Positions 1 to 11,453 are shown, numbered from the stretch's first letter. The stretch is 64,000 nt of DNA from Cyanobacteria bacterium J06626_4 (GCA_038523235.1 JBCBJQ010000021.1:8249-72248); one strand, 5' to 3'. Made by a program: numbers and translations. The notes: generated by a model not told the origin, from the sequence alone.

Positions 1-129
1 ATGCTGACTACGTCTGAGTTCGCTTGAGCGGGCAGAACGGTGCTCACGGACGGTTTTCTCACGCCCAGGTGCGCGTGGTCAGCGGGCGGTAAGACAGCCG
101 CCGATAGTTGAACGGAGGTAGCGGGTTCT

Positions 130-2142
130 ATGTTGACCCAAAATACAGCAGCTCCGCCCACCCCCTGGTCACAGGATTTGGCTAGACCGGCGGTGGCAGC
201 TTCAGCGGTTGTCCATTCCTTTTCGCAGTTGATTGGGGATGTGCGGGTCGCTGACAATGTGCTGATCGCGCCGGGCTCTTCGATTCGGGCCGATGAGGGC
301 TCCCCTTTTGCCATCGGGGCCGGGACGGCCATCCAAGATGGGGTGGTAGTTCACGGGTTAGAAGCGGGCCGGGTCTTGGGCGATGATGACCAGCCCTACT
401 CAGTCTGGATTGGTAAAAACGTCTGCATCACCCATAAGTCAATTGTTCACGGCCCGGCCTTTATCGGTGACGGGGCCTTTGTCGGTTTTCGCTCCACCAT
501 TTTTAATGCTCGGTTGGGGGCCGGGTGTCTGGTCATGATGCACGCCCTCGTTCAGGATGTGGAGATTCCCCCCGGTAAATTTGTCCCCTCGGGGGCTGTG
601 ATTACTCAGCAAGCCCAGGCTGATCAACTAGCGGATGCGCGCCCCCAAGATCTTGCCTTTGTTTCAGAACTGATCAGTGCGAATCAGGCGCTCCGGGCGG
701 GCTATGCCTGCGCTGCCAACGATGCCTGTATTCGCGATGTCACCGCCGATCGCGATCGGGCCCCGCTCACCTCTCTCGCTCAAGACAACGGAATTAAGAC
801 CATGCAATCTCAAAGACTGACCGCTGATATCGTTCATCAAGTCCGGCAGCTGCTCAACCAGGGCTATCGCATCGGCACTGAACATGCCGACCAGCGCCGC
901 TACCGCAGCAATGTGTGGCAAACCTGCACGCCCATTGCATCGACTCGCGAAGGCGATGTCTTCGCAGGGTTAGAAGCCTGTTTGGCCGAGCATGCTAATG
1001 AGTATGTGCGGATGTTTGGCATCGATCCGATCGCCAAGCGCCGGGTGGCCCCCGTGACCATTCAGCGCCCTGACGGTAGAGCGGTAGAGGTGCGCCCCCA
1101 CGCGGTGCCCCAGGCGGGTAACGGTCATCGCCCCGCGAGCAGCAACGGCGGCAGCTATAGTGGCGGCACCGATGCCGGGCTAGTGCAGCAGGTGCGCAAC
1201 ATGCTGAGCCAGGGGTATCACATTGGGCTTGAGCATGCCGATGCCCGCCGCTTTAAAAGCAACGTTTGGCACAGCTGCTCACCCGTGCATTCCAGCAATG
1301 AGCGAGAGGTCATGGCGGCCCTGCAGGCTTGTATGAGTGAGCATCAGGGCGAATACGTGCGGATGTTTGGCATTGACCCCGTCGCTAAGCGACGCATTGC
1401 TCCCACAACCATTCAACGCCCCGATGGTCAGGCGTCGATCAGTGTCTCATCAACGGGGAGTGCGACTTCGACCGCCAACCACAACGGCTCGCCCAGTTAT
1501 GCCGGCGCTGCCGGTCAGGTGTCTGGCAACTTGGCCCAACAGGTGCGAGGGCTGCTCAGCCAAGGCTACCGCATCGGCACTGAACATGCCGATACTCGCC
1601 GGTTTAAAAGCAACGTTTGGCAAACCTGCTCGCCGATTACCTCAACTCGCGAAGCAGAGGTGTTGTCGGCCCTTAACGGCTGCATTCAAGAACATGCAGG
1701 CGAGTATGTGCGGATGTTTGGCATCGACCCGGTGGCGAAACAACGGCTGGCCCCGACGACTATTCATCGTCCTGGCGATGTGAGCGGTCACCAGGATATG
1801 TCAGCCGCTGCCACCGGTGCCCCTCAGGCCGGAATGAATGCCCCAAGATATGCCCCCAGCACGAGCAACGGTCACGGGCAGCGCTTGGCTGACGAGGTGG
1901 TGCAGCAAGTGCGACAACTCGTGGGGCAAGGCTATCGCATCAGTCTGGAACATGCCGATGTACGGCGCTATCGCAGTGGGGCTTGGCAAAACGGCGGCGT
2001 TTTAGAGGGGCATAATCCATCAGCCGTGCTGTCGGCGTTAGAGGCGAGTTTGGCCTCGCACTCTGGCCAGTATGTCCGCCTCATTGGCGTTGACACTCAG
2101 GCGAAGCGCCGGGTGCTAGAAACGACTATCCAGCGTCCCTAA
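130..2142 (+). CDS. ccmM: Beta-carboxysome assembly protein CcmM (gamma-CA domain + 4 RbcS-like SSUL repeats)
   Basis: N-terminal PPTPWS and hexapeptide gamma-CA region ([17 protein letters not shown]). Four repeats of QVRxLLxQGYxIxxEHADxRRF/YxSxxW...EYVRxxGID. Directly upstream of ccmN and ccmO. Confidence 0.97.
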   Translation: MLTQNTAAPPTPWSQDLARPAVAASAVVHSFSQLIGDVRVADNVLIAPGSSIRADEGSPFAIGAGTAIQDGVVVHGLEAGRVLGDDDQPYSVWIGKNVCITHKSIVHGPAFIGDGAFVGFRSTIFNARLGAGCLVMMHALVQDVEIPPGKFVPSGAVITQQAQADQLADARPQDLAFVSELISANQALRAGYACAANDACIRDVTADRDRAPLTSLAQDNGIKTMQSQRLTADIVHQVRQLLNQGYRIGTEHADQRRYRSNVWQTCTPIASTREGDVFAGLEACLAEHANEYVRMFGIDPIAKRRVAPVTIQRPDGRAVEVRPHAVPQAGNGHRPASSNGGSYSGGTDAGLVQQVRNMLSQGYHIGLEHADARRFKSNVWHSCSPVHSSNEREVMAALQACMSEHQGEYVRMFGIDPVAKRRIAPTTIQRPDGQASISVSSTGSATSTANHNGSPSYAGAAGQVSGNLAQQVRGLLSQGYRIGTEHADTRRFKSNVWQTCSPITSTREAEVLSALNGCIQEHAGEYVRMFGIDPVAKQRLAPTTIHRPGDVSGHQDMSAAATGAPQAGMNAPRYAPSTSNGHGQRLADEVVQQVRQLVGQGYRISLEHADVRRYRSGAWQNGGVLEGHNPSAVLSALEASLASHSGQYVRLIGVDTQAKRRVLETTIQRP

Positions 2143-2156
2143 TTGCTCTCGCTATT

Positions 2157-2744
2157 GTGCAGACACCGCCACCGTTAAGGATGACCAGTTTCTATGTCGG
2201 GGCCAATGTTGAAGTCGGGCCCGAGGTCGTCATCGCAGCGGGAACGGTGTTGGAAGCGGCCCCAGGGTCTCGTTTGATTATTGAGGCGGGGGTGTGCATT
2301 GGCGCTGGGGTCGTCATCCAAGCCTATGGCGGCGACTTACGACTGGCGGCCGGGGCCAATGTGGGCCAAGCAGTGCTGCTGTTGGGCACGGGGACGATTG
2401 GCGCACACGCCTGTATCGGGGCCGAAAGTACGCTGATTAATCCCGCTGTGGCAGCGGCGGCAGTGGTGTCGGCCCGATCGCTGATCGGCGATCGCTCTGC
2501 CGGGCAACCGGCCAGTTCGGCTGAGACCAATGGTCATGCCCCCCCGGCGGCCAGTCAAAACGGCAACACACCAACCCCCACTGCAGACCCAGAGCCCGCC
2601 GCCGACAACAACGGTCAGGCAGCTCACAATGGCAATGGCCTTGCAGCGTATGATCCGGTTTACGGACGTGAGCAGGTGAGGCAACTGATGAAAACGCTAT
2701 TTCCCCATCGCGACGCGCTGAACGTCGAAGACAATTCCGCCTGA
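2157..2744 (+). CDS. ccmN: Carboxysome protein CcmN
   Basis: Hexapeptide-repeat N-domain, P/A/N-rich linker, C-terminal encapsulation peptide VYGREQVRQLMKTLFPHR; lies between ccmM and ccmO. Confidence 0.93.
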   Translation: MQTPPPLRMTSFYVGANVEVGPEVVIAAGTVLEAAPGSRLIIEAGVCIGAGVVIQAYGGDLRLAAGANVGQAVLLLGTGTIGAHACIGAESTLINPAVAAAAVVSARSLIGDRSAGQPASSAETNGHAPPAASQNGNTPTPTADPEPAADNNGQAAHNGNGLAAYDPVYGREQVRQLMKTLFPHRDALNVEDNSA

Positions 2745-2831
2745 TGTGACGATTTTTCGGTTCTCATCGCCGCTTCCGTCAACTGTTCTTACAATGTAAA
2801 CAGCGCCCGTCAACCTCTGTGAGACCCCGCC

Positions 2832-3716
2832 ATGGTGGCCAGCAATTCAAAACTCTCCCTGTCGCAACCGTCGCCTGAAGCTCGGCGCTGGGCTTCAAAG
2901 CTGAAAGGAGCCGCGCTCGGGTTAGTCTCCACAGAAAGTTTCCCAGCGGTGGTCGGCACGGCGGATGCCATGCTCAAATCATCTGACGTTACCCTGATTG
3001 GCTATGAAAAGACGGGGGCGGGGCAGTGTACAGCGGTCGTTCGGGGCGGCGTGGCAGATGTGCGAATGGCGGTCGAAGCGGGTAGCCAAACCGCTAAACA
3101 GTTTGGGCAGTTTTTAGCCTCTTCGATCATTGCGCGACCGTTGCCCAATTTAGAAGCAGTGTTGCCGATTTGTGCGCATTTAGATGAGCTGGAACGCATT
3201 GGCAAGGGCAGAATCGGTAGCGGGGCGTTGGGCCTGCTAGAAACCCGAGGCTTTCCGGCAATGGTGGGTGCGGCGGATGCGATGACGAAGTCGGCCGAGG
3301 TGCAGGTGGTGGCGCACCAGTCGATTGGCGATGGCCTCTGTACCGTGATCATTCGCGGGTCGCTCTCGAACGTGGCGATCGCGGTGGAAGCGGGCATGCA
3401 CGAAGCCGAACGCATTGGTGAACTGCATGCTGTGATGGTGATTCCTCGACCGCTGGACGATCTGGAACATTCTCTGCCAATGGCCGAGGAAATGGCAACC
3501 GAGCAGCCGGTACGTCTGCCCATCAAGCTCGAAGAAAAAGAGAAAGAGTTGGTATCGCTGCCAGAGCCCGCTGAAGCGGAAGTGGTGCAGGAAATGGCTT
3601 TGTCGCAGCCCGAAGCCGCCGTTCAAGAACTCGCTTTACCGCAGCCTGAAGCTGAATCCCGAGCACCTCAAGTCGTGCCCCAACCGCTACCACTCGAAGA
3701 AAGCGAGTTGGATTAA
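2832..3716 (+). CDS. ccmO: Tandem-BMC-domain carboxysome shell protein CcmO
   Basis: Two BMC domains (ALGLVSTESFPAVVGTADAMLKS; ALGLLETRGFPAMVGAADAMTKSA...VIPRP) followed by an acidic Pro-rich tail. Confidence 0.94.
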   Translation: MVASNSKLSLSQPSPEARRWASKLKGAALGLVSTESFPAVVGTADAMLKSSDVTLIGYEKTGAGQCTAVVRGGVADVRMAVEAGSQTAKQFGQFLASSIIARPLPNLEAVLPICAHLDELERIGKGRIGSGALGLLETRGFPAMVGAADAMTKSAEVQVVAHQSIGDGLCTVIIRGSLSNVAIAVEAGMHEAERIGELHAVMVIPRPLDDLEHSLPMAEEMATEQPVRLPIKLEEKEKELVSLPEPAEAEVVQEMALSQPEAAVQELALPQPEAESRAPQVVPQPLPLEESELD

Positions 3717-3796
3717 CTCGTTGATGATGCCTCGACTCCAACTGGATCAGTGCAGTGAAAATGACTCGTCTGCTCCGGTTGAGTGTCGTCAAAACG

Positions 3797-4720
3797 TCAG
3801 AGGCTACTGAGAAAGTCCACAACTTTCGCCCAGACCTGATCAAGTAGCGTTGCTGCATGGGCATCGAACCAAGCAATCGGGCGTTTGCGGAACCAGGTGC
3901 GCTGACGTTTGGCGAACTGACAGGTATGTTGAACGATGCGCTGCTCTGCCTCAGCCAGAGAGTAGTCCCCAGCCAAGTAGCCCAACACTTCGCCGTAGCC
4001 CAAGGTTTGCAGCAGCGGCAAGTCCGCCCCATAGCGATCGCAGAGCATCTCCACCTCTTGCACTAAGCCCTGCGCCAGCATATGAGCCGTGCGTTCTGCA
4101 ATGCGTGTCTTCAGCACGTCGCTATCGCTATCAAGTCCTATATATAAGATCGGGTAGAGGGGCGGACGTTTACCCTGCTGACGCGAGAGCGGCTGACCAG
4201 TGACGTAGGCTACCTCTAGGGCGCGCAGGGTACGCACCGCGTCATTGGGATGAATACGATCGCCGGCAGTAGGATCAACTTGCCGCAGCATGGCATGACA
4301 TTGGGGTTGACCGAGCTGACTGAGCTGCGATCGCAAGGTGGCTTGGGGCGACACCGGGGGGATCTGCAACCCATCCACCACCGCTGAAATGTAAAGTCCT
4401 GTGCCACCAACTAAGCAAGGCAGCCGTTCTCGACTATCGTGTAGCTGCTTGATCAGCGTCTGGGCCTGTTGTTGATAGGCGGCCACGGTCATCGTCGTCG
4501 TGGGATGACAGATATCGATGAGATAATGGGGTGCTGGCGATCGCTCAGCGACGGTCGGTTTGGCGGTACCAATATCAAACTCGCGATAGACCAAGCGCGA
4601 ATCAGCGCTCAAAATTGAGAGCGGCAGACGCTGCGCCAGCTGCAGCGATAGGCCCGTTTTGCCCGTGGCCGTCGCGCCACCAATCACAATCAGGCAGGGG
4701 GGATGCCTCTGGCCCTGCAT
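3797..4720 (-). CDS. miaA: tRNA dimethylallyltransferase
   Basis: GATATGKT P-loop, SADSRLVY, DIGTAKP, VGGTGLY, FAKRQRTWF. Start placed at ATG 4720; the ORF extends to 4825. Confidence 0.95.
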   Translation of the reverse strand: MQGQRHPPCLIVIGGATATGKTGLSLQLAQRLPLSILSADSRLVYREFDIGTAKPTVAERSPAPHYLIDICHPTTTMTVAAYQQQAQTLIKQLHDSRERLPCLVGGTGLYISAVVDGLQIPPVSPQATLRSQLSQLGQPQCHAMLRQVDPTAGDRIHPNDAVRTLRALEVAYVTGQPLSRQQGKRPPLYPILYIGLDSDSDVLKTRIAERTAHMLAQGLVQEVEMLCDRYGADLPLLQTLGYGEVLGYLAGDYSLAEAEQRIVQHTCQFAKRQRTWFRKRPIAWFDAHAATLLDQVWAKVVDFLSSL

Positions 4721-4911
4721 GTAGCGTAGAACGGATGTATTTTTTGAATATTGATTGGCGACGGCAGAAATGGGTGATGTCACCCCCCCCTCAAGCATCC
4801 TCAGAAATGGCTCTATGCCCTGCATGAGCCTGTTTGTGTTAGAATTTTAGGGTCATTTGACTTTAATGACGGCCAAAGGCGCTAGAACGCCTTTTTAGGA
4901 GTAAAAGATTT

Positions 4912-6849
4912 ATGGCGACCAATTACGGTGCTGAGCAGATTCAGGTACTAGAGGGACTAGAGCCTGTCCGCAAGCGGCCTGGCATGTATATCGGCAGCAC
5001 CGGGCCGCGCGGTTTGCATCACCTAGTGTACGAGGTGGTGGATAACTCTGTCGATGAGGCGCTGGCAGGCCACTGTCGCTACATTAAAATCGACCTCAAT
5101 GCCGATGGTTCGGTCACCGTTCAAGATGACGGTCGGGGCATTCCCACCGATGTGCACCCCCATACAGGCAAGTCCGCGCTAGAGACGGTGCTGACGGTGC
5201 TGCACGCGGGCGGTAAGTTTGACGGCAGCAGCTACAAAGTCTCCGGTGGCCTGCACGGGGTCGGGATCTCTGTTGTAAACGCCCTGTCCGAGTGGGTGGA
5301 AGTCACGGTGTGGCGCGATCGCAAAACCCACCTGCAGCGATTTGAGCGCGGTATTCCTATCGGTGAACTCCAGGTCAGCCCTGCCGATAATCATCAGACA
5401 GGCACCTCTGTCACCTTTAAGCCCGATGCCACCATCTTCACGACGGTCACTGAGTTTGACTACGACACCCTGGCGGGCCGCATGCGCGAATTGGCCTACC
5501 TGAATGGGGGCGTCGACATTACCTTTACCGACAATCGCCTAGAGCTGCTCAAGGCCAGTGAACCGCGGGTGTCTCACTACCTCTACGAAGGGGGCATCAA
5601 GGAATACGTTCAATACATTAATAATGAGAAGCAGGCGCTGCACGAAGAGATTGTGTACGTGCAGGGCGAGCGGGATGGCGTTCAGGTAGAAGTGGCGCTG
5701 CAGTGGTGCATTGATGCCTACTCGGACACGCTGCTTGGCTTCGCCAACAACATTCGCACGGTGGACGGCGGTACGCACCTAGAGGGCCTCAAGACCGTGC
5801 TCACCCGCACGTTAAACAACTTTGCCAAGAAGCGGAATAAGCGTAAAGACAACGACTCCAACCTGAGTGGCGAAAACATTCGTGAAGGGCTGACGGCGGT
5901 GATCTCGGTGAAGGTGCCGGAGCCAGAATTTGAAGGCCAAACCAAGACGAAGCTGGGCAACACCGAAGTGCGCGGCATCGTCGATACGCTGGTGGGCGAA
6001 ACCCTAACGGAATATTTGGACTTTCACCCCAGTGTCGTTGACACTATTTTAGAAAAAGCGATTCAAGCCTTTAACGCAGCGGAAGCGGCACGGCGAGCGC
6101 GGGAACTGGTGCGCCGCAAGTCGGTGCTAGAGTCTTCGACGCTGCCCGGTAAGCTGGCCGACTGTAGCAGCCGCGACCCCAGCGAGTCCGAGATTTTCAT
6201 CGTGGAAGGGGACTCAGCAGGCGGCAGCGCGAAGCAGGGCCGCGATCGCCAGTTTCAGGCGATCTTGCCGCTGCGAGGCAAAATTCTCAACATTGAGAAA
6301 ACTGACGACGCCAAGATTTACAAAAACACTGAGGTGCAGGCGCTGATTACCGCCCTCGGGTTGGGCATTCGGGGGGAAGAGTTCGATGAGTCGCAGCTGC
6401 GGTATCACCGCATTTGTCTGATGACTGACGCCGACGTCGATGGGGCGCACATTCGCACCCTGCTACTGACGTTCTTCTATCGCTATCAGCGTGCCTTGAT
6501 TGACCAAGGATTCGTCTACATCGCCTGTCCGCCGCTCTACAAAATTGAGCGGGGTCGCAATCACTGGTATTGCTACAGCGATCGCGAGCGGGACGCCATT
6601 CTGAATGATTTTCCTGACAATGCTAACTATGGCTTGCAGCGCTTTAAAGGTTTGGGTGAGATGATGCCCGTGCAGCTGTGGGACACCACAATGAATCCGG
6701 AAACCCGCACCTTGAAGCAGGTGGAAATTGAGGATGCGGCTGAGGCCGATCGCATCTTTACGGTGTTGATGGGCGATCGCGTTGCCCCCCGCCGCGAGTT
6801 CATCGAAACCTACGGTTCGCGCTTGGGTCTCGAAGATCTGGATATCTAA
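4912..6849 (+). CDS. gyrB: DNA gyrase subunit B
   Basis: [68 protein letters not shown]. Confidence 0.98.
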   Translation: MATNYGAEQIQVLEGLEPVRKRPGMYIGSTGPRGLHHLVYEVVDNSVDEALAGHCRYIKIDLNADGSVTVQDDGRGIPTDVHPHTGKSALETVLTVLHAGGKFDGSSYKVSGGLHGVGISVVNALSEWVEVTVWRDRKTHLQRFERGIPIGELQVSPADNHQTGTSVTFKPDATIFTTVTEFDYDTLAGRMRELAYLNGGVDITFTDNRLELLKASEPRVSHYLYEGGIKEYVQYINNEKQALHEEIVYVQGERDGVQVEVALQWCIDAYSDTLLGFANNIRTVDGGTHLEGLKTVLTRTLNNFAKKRNKRKDNDSNLSGENIREGLTAVISVKVPEPEFEGQTKTKLGNTEVRGIVDTLVGETLTEYLDFHPSVVDTILEKAIQAFNAAEAARRARELVRRKSVLESSTLPGKLADCSSRDPSESEIFIVEGDSAGGSAKQGRDRQFQAILPLRGKILNIEKTDDAKIYKNTEVQALITALGLGIRGEEFDESQLRYHRICLMTDADVDGAHIRTLLLTFFYRYQRALIDQGFVYIACPPLYKIERGRNHWYCYSDRERDAILNDFPDNANYGLQRFKGLGEMMPVQLWDTTMNPETRTLKQVEIEDAAEADRIFTVLMGDRVAPRREFIETYGSRLGLEDLDI

Positions 6850-6880
6850 AGGACAAGCAGTTCACCCAATTCATCACAAC

Positions 6881-6920
6881 ACAGTTAAGGGGATGGCACA
6901 AACGTCATCCCCTTAACTGT
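6881..6920. terminator. Hairpin between convergent gyrB and potC (probable bidirectional terminator)
   Basis: 15-bp perfect inverted repeat ACAGTTAAGGGGATG ... CATCCCCTTAACTGT. Confidence 0.7.
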
Positions 6921-7727
6921 TTAGCCATCAGTCGTCGAGCCTTTATAGCGTAGATATTCACCCAACGCGGCAATCATGCCGGAGGCGAGAATCAGCAAGA
7001 CGCTGAGAGCATTCATATCAGGTTTAACGCCGTTGCGAATGCGACTAAAAATTTCTAGCGGCAGGGGATTCGCACCGCCGCCCGCCGTGAAGCTAGAGAT
7101 CAGCAGATCATCCACGCTCAACACAAAAGCGAGCAGGCACCCCGCCACGATCGCGGGCATAAGCTGCGGCAGTAAGACCTGAATCAGCGCTTGAGCTGGG
7201 GTTGCGCCTAAATCAAGGGCAGCCTCTTCAAGATTGGGATCGAGGCTGCCCAAACGACTGGAAACCACCACAGCGATATAGGCCAGACAAAACACCATGT
7301 GGGCGGCAATAATCGTCCAAATGCTGAGGGGAATGGCTAAGGAAGCGAGAAAGACCAGGGTGGCGACGGCAATGGAAATATCCGGAATAATCAGCGGCAG
7401 GTAAGACACGCCCCGATAGACGCCCTTGCCCGGAAAATAGTACTTCGCTAGCCCGATCGCCATCAACGTGCCCAGCACTGACGAGATCGCCACGGCCACA
7501 ATCGCCACAAACAGCGTATCCTGCAGCGCCCGGAAAATGCGCGTGTCTTGAAACAGGCTCTCATACCATTTGAGGCTGAACCCCTGCCAGACTGACGTAT
7601 AGCGAATGGAATCATTGAAGCTATACACCGTCAGCACCAAAATGGGGCCATACATAAAGGCAAATAGGGCCGTCGTGAGCCACCCCTGCCAGGTGCGCGG
7701 TAAAGGCCAGAATGCTGGTAGATGCAT
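6921..7727 (-). CDS. potC: Spermidine/putrescine ABC permease PotC
   Basis: FSLKWY motif, LEEAALDLGA (EAA loop), FVLSVDD; last gene of the pot operon. Start placed at ATG 7727. Confidence 0.9.
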   Translation of the reverse strand: MHLPAFWPLPRTWQGWLTTALFAFMYGPILVLTVYSFNDSIRYTSVWQGFSLKWYESLFQDTRIFRALQDTLFVAIVAVAISSVLGTLMAIGLAKYYFPGKGVYRGVSYLPLIIPDISIAVATLVFLASLAIPLSIWTIIAAHMVFCLAYIAVVVSSRLGSLDPNLEEAALDLGATPAQALIQVLLPQLMPAIVAGCLLAFVLSVDDLLISSFTAGGGANPLPLEIFSRIRNGVKPDMNALSVLLILASGMIAALGEYLRYKGSTTDG

Positions 7728-7743
7728 AAGCCGCTCGTCCTCT

Positions 7744-8694
7744 CTAGGCCTCTTTGACCGAATCGCGATCGCCATACTTCAGCAGCAGCGCGATCATCAT
7801 ACTGACCGCTAGGATCATCACCATGCTCAACGCTGAGCCCAGACCCCAGTTGCGTGTAATGCCCAAAAACTGGTTGTAAATCAGCCGCGAAATCGTCATG
7901 CTAGAGGCCCCTCCCAGCAGCGTGGGAACGACAAAGTCGCCCATGCTGGTGATGAAAACTAGCAAACAGCCCGCCGCAATACCCGGTAGCGTTTGGGGCA
8001 CCGTCACCCGCCAAAAGGTTTGCCGGGGGGTGGCCCCCAGATCAGCCGCCGCTTCTAACAAGGAAACATCGAGCTTTTCGAGGGAGGCGTACAAAATCAG
8101 CACCATGTAGGGCAAGAAGTTGTAGGTGAGACCAATCAAGACGGCGGCGGAGCTATAGAGCCAGGCCTGCTCGGGTAGCTGCACGCCAGGCAGGCCACTG
8201 CTCAGCCAACCAATGAAACTGTTCAGCAAGCCCGAAGGGCGCAAAATACTAATCCAGGCGTAGGCCCGCAGCAGAGAAGAAGTCCACAACGGCAAAATAA
8301 ACGCCACCACCAAAAAGTTACGCCAGCGGCGCGGGGCCATTAGCGCCAGCCAATAAGCCACCGGAAACCCCATCAGCAAACAGGCTAAGGTGGTGCCCGT
8401 GGCGTAATACAGCGATCGCCCAATCACCTGCAGATACACCGAGTCAAAGGCCGCATCAAAGGGATTAAACACCCGCGAATAGTTGCCTAAGCCATAGCCG
8501 TCGCCGCTTTCGCCGGGTCGGAGGCCGGGCACCAAACTGATATCTAAAATCAGCAGCGTCGGCAGCACCAGAAAGAGGATGAGCCAGAGCCCTGGTGGGG
8601 CCAGCAGCGTCAGCGCCCCCAGCAGGCGTTTGAATTGCTGGGTCAGTTTCAGTTGCGAGAAGCGCCAGCGCTTTGAGGTGGGAGAAGCGGTCAT
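7744..8694 (-). CDS. potB: Spermidine/putrescine ABC permease PotB
   Basis: LPLWTSSLLRAYAW, LLEAAADLGA, GDFVVPTLLGG, RNWGLGSALS. Start placed at ATG 8694. Confidence 0.9.
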   Translation of the reverse strand: MTASPTSKRWRFSQLKLTQQFKRLLGALTLLAPPGLWLILFLVLPTLLILDISLVPGLRPGESGDGYGLGNYSRVFNPFDAAFDSVYLQVIGRSLYYATGTTLACLLMGFPVAYWLALMAPRRWRNFLVVAFILPLWTSSLLRAYAWISILRPSGLLNSFIGWLSSGLPGVQLPEQAWLYSSAAVLIGLTYNFLPYMVLILYASLEKLDVSLLEAAADLGATPRQTFWRVTVPQTLPGIAAGCLLVFITSMGDFVVPTLLGGASSMTISRLIYNQFLGITRNWGLGSALSMVMILAVSMMIALLLKYGDRDSVKEA

Positions 8695-8705
8695 TGATAG
8701 GCCCC

Positions 8706-9869
8706 CTAGGCGCTCGTCACCCGCGTCCAAAACTCGTCATACAGGGCCGTGGCCTCGCCGACGGGGGCGATGCCTTCACAGCGATCGAGCACCTCTTGCG
8801 GCGGGAACAGATCGGTATTGGAGATCAGTTCGTCAGACAGGTTGTCAAAGGCCACCTTGTTGGGCGTCGCGTTAAACAACATTTCCGTGCTCATCTGCGA
8901 GATCGCCGGGTCGAGATTGAAATTGATCCACTGGTAGGCGGCATCGACGTTGGGTGCGCCTACGGGGATGATCATCGTATCGGTCCACACGGAAGAGCCA
9001 CTTTCCGGGACAAAGTATTCCATCCGCTCATCTTCCAGCGTGGCGGCGATCGCATCCACTGAGTAAGCCATCACCATATTCAGGTCACCGCCAAACAGGG
9101 CGTCTTCAAACCCGAAGGACATAAAGGAAGCGATCGCGGGCTTCAGCTCAATCAGACGGTCGAAGGCTTCTTCAATTTCGGCGGGATCAGTGGAATTGTA
9201 GGAATATCCCAACGAGCGGAGGACAGCGCCCATGGTTTCGCGGACGTCATCTAGGAGGGTGATCCGCCGTGACAGATCGCCCTGGTTTTCCCAAAGGTAT
9301 TCCCAATCGGTCGGCGTACCAGAAACCGCCTCCTTGTTATAAAGCAGGCCGGTGGTGCCCCAGGCGTAGGGAATGCTGAAGGTATTGCCGGGGTCGTAGG
9401 CGGGGTCTTGCCACTTGTCGAAAATGTTGTCGAGCCCCTCAATGCGGTCTTTATCGATGCTGGTGAGCAGGCCCAGCTCGATCATCTGCTGCACCATGTA
9501 GTCAGACGGGTAGATGACGCTGTAAGCGTCGCCACCACCGGCCTGCATTTTGGCCAGCATGGTTTCATTTGAATCATAGACGTCCACAATGACGTCGATG
9601 CCGGTTTTTTCTTTAAAGGCTTCTACCAACGCGTCGTTGGTGTAGTCGGCCCAGGTATAGACGTGCAGAACTCCCGCTTCTTCACCGCCACCGCCATCGG
9701 TGGGTGCCGCATCTGTCGCTTCGTCGGTGTCAGGCGCATCGGCAATATTTTGGCGACAGTTGGATAAGGTGACGCCCGCGATCGCGGCAGCTGACCCCTG
9801 TAAAAACCGGCGTCGGGTCGGGCCGAATTGACGAAACTGAGTGGAATAAAGCGATCGCTTCCGGGGCAC
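8706..9869 (-). CDS. potD: Spermidine/putrescine-binding lipoprotein PotD
   Basis: Tat motif TRRRFL, lipobox LSNC, YTWADY, YDSNETMLAK, PSDYMV, PYAWGTTG, WTDTM. Confidence 0.9.
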   Translation of the reverse strand: MPRKRSLYSTQFRQFGPTRRRFLQGSAAAIAGVTLSNCRQNIADAPDTDEATDAAPTDGGGGEEAGVLHVYTWADYTNDALVEAFKEKTGIDVIVDVYDSNETMLAKMQAGGGDAYSVIYPSDYMVQQMIELGLLTSIDKDRIEGLDNIFDKWQDPAYDPGNTFSIPYAWGTTGLLYNKEAVSGTPTDWEYLWENQGDLSRRITLLDDVRETMGAVLRSLGYSYNSTDPAEIEEAFDRLIELKPAIASFMSFGFEDALFGGDLNMVMAYSVDAIAATLEDERMEYFVPESGSSVWTDTMIIPVGAPNVDAAYQWINFNLDPAISQMSTEMLFNATPNKVAFDNLSDELISNTDLFPPQEVLDRCEGIAPVGEATALYDEFWTRVTSA

Positions 9870-9978
9870 GGCAGGAATCCTCCTTAGTAGAATCGTGACT
9901 GCAAATCAAAGCCTATAAAACAGTGACCAACCACATTGTTCGACGAAGCACAGTTCAACTGCGATCACCCGACTTTGG

Positions 9979-11103
9979 CTAAGCCGCCAAGGCCAAACAA
10001 TCACTGGGCAACCAAGAAACATAAACCGGCGTTTCTGGCGTGAGTGACTGTTCCGAGCGATTTGGCTGCATCACCGTTAGGCGTTCGCCAGTTTGCAGCT
10101 GCACCACACAGTGCAGGTGCGTTCCAAGATACATAATATGTTTAACGTAGCCAGAATAGCAGTTTCCCTCGTTCAGCGGGGCTTCCTGACTCAAGCGAAT
10201 ATTTTCTGGGCGCACGCTCACGACGGCAGTTTTGAGATCGGGCAAGTTGGCCTCAGACCGGTTCACTAGCACCGTTGTACCTTCTGGCGTCAAAAGCCGC
10301 AAAATCTGACTGTCGGCAAACTCTACCTCGCCCTGCAGCAGATTGGTTTCACCAATAAAGTCGGCCACAAATGGCGTTTGAGGATAGTCGTAAATTTCGC
10401 TGGGGGTGCCGATTTGCTCAATATCGCCATCCTTCATCACGGCAATCCGATTCGAGAGCGAGAGGGCTTCTTCTTGATCGTGGGTGACCATCACAAAGGT
10501 AATGCCCAACTGCTGATGCAGATTGGTCAATTCGACCTGCATCTGCTTGCGCAGTTTCAAATCCAGTGCCCCCAAGGGTTCATCAAGCAGCATGACGGCG
10601 GGACGATTGACCAACGCCCGCGCTAGGGCTACCCGTTGCTTTTGGCCGCCCGACAGCTGCTGCGGATAGCGATTGGCAAAGCTTTCCATTTTGACCAGCT
10701 GCAGGGCATCGGCGACGCGCTGTTCGCGTTGCGATCGCCCCATGCGCTTGACCCGCAGGCCAAAGGCAATGTTATCTTTCACCGTCATGTGGTTAAACAG
10801 GGCATAGCTCTGAAACACGGTATTCACCGAGCGGCGATGGGCGGGCGTGTGACTCATATTGCGCCCCTGAATTAACACCATGCCAGCGCTGGGTTGCTCA
10901 AACCCGGCAATCAACCTGAGAGTGGTGGTTTTGCCACAACCCGACGGCCCCAAAATACTAAAAAATTCGCCCTCGCGAATTTTGAGATCAATATTTTGTA
11001 TGGCAGCTTCTCCACCAAAATATTTTGACACCTGCCGCAGCTCAACATCCAAAACTTGCTGAGTTTGCGGTAAAGCAATGGAAGGAGAAACTGTCTGTGA
11101 CAT
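9979..11103 (-). CDS. potA: Spermidine/putrescine ABC ATPase PotA
   Basis: GPSGCGKTT, VNTVFQSYALF, LSGGQKQRVALARAL, LLDEPLGALDLKLR, C-terminal TOBE-like domain. Confidence 0.92.
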   Translation of the reverse strand: MSQTVSPSIALPQTQQVLDVELRQVSKYFGGEAAIQNIDLKIREGEFFSILGPSGCGKTTTLRLIAGFEQPSAGMVLIQGRNMSHTPAHRRSVNTVFQSYALFNHMTVKDNIAFGLRVKRMGRSQREQRVADALQLVKMESFANRYPQQLSGGQKQRVALARALVNRPAVMLLDEPLGALDLKLRKQMQVELTNLHQQLGITFVMVTHDQEEALSLSNRIAVMKDGDIEQIGTPSEIYDYPQTPFVADFIGETNLLQGEVEFADSQILRLLTPEGTTVLVNRSEANLPDLKTAVVSVRPENIRLSQEAPLNEGNCYSGYVKHIMYLGTHLHCVVQLQTGERLTVMQPNRSEQSLTPETPVYVSWLPSDCLALAA

Positions 11104-11329
11104 GAAAGGTAATCCCCCGAATGGCAGCAGAATTGCCTAAGGACATCTCCGCCAGAAGGATGCCCGACAGATGCTTAGACAGCATCATTACATACTGACT
11201 CGCGATCGCCACAATAAATCCACCGATTTTTACGGTTTAATTGGGTTCGATGCAGCTCCTATCATCACGGCTGCTCTTGAGCCCCGCTGACTCGACTAGA
11301 TCAATGGAGCGGCAACGGCAGACATAGCC

Positions 11330-11391
11330 AATCTCAATTCAGTTAATAGAGTGGAGGTCTAATCTCAATTCAGTTAATAGAGTGGAGGTCT
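11330..11391. repeat. Perfect 31-bp tandem duplication
   Basis: AATCTCAATTCAGTTAATAGAGTGGAGGTCT twice head-to-tail (11330-11360, 11361-11391). Confidence 0.95.
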
Positions 11392-11453
11392 AAACAAAGC
11401 GATTGCATGTCAAAAAGGTGCTTGAACTATTGCATTCAGCGTGATGGCTCTGC

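Noticed and set aside
1..27. Possible 3' end of ccmL
   Set aside because: Expected by synteny, but the few codons visible carry no recognisable motif.
4912..6849. Intein in GyrB
   Set aside because: The 645-aa length is normal and the sequence is continuous.
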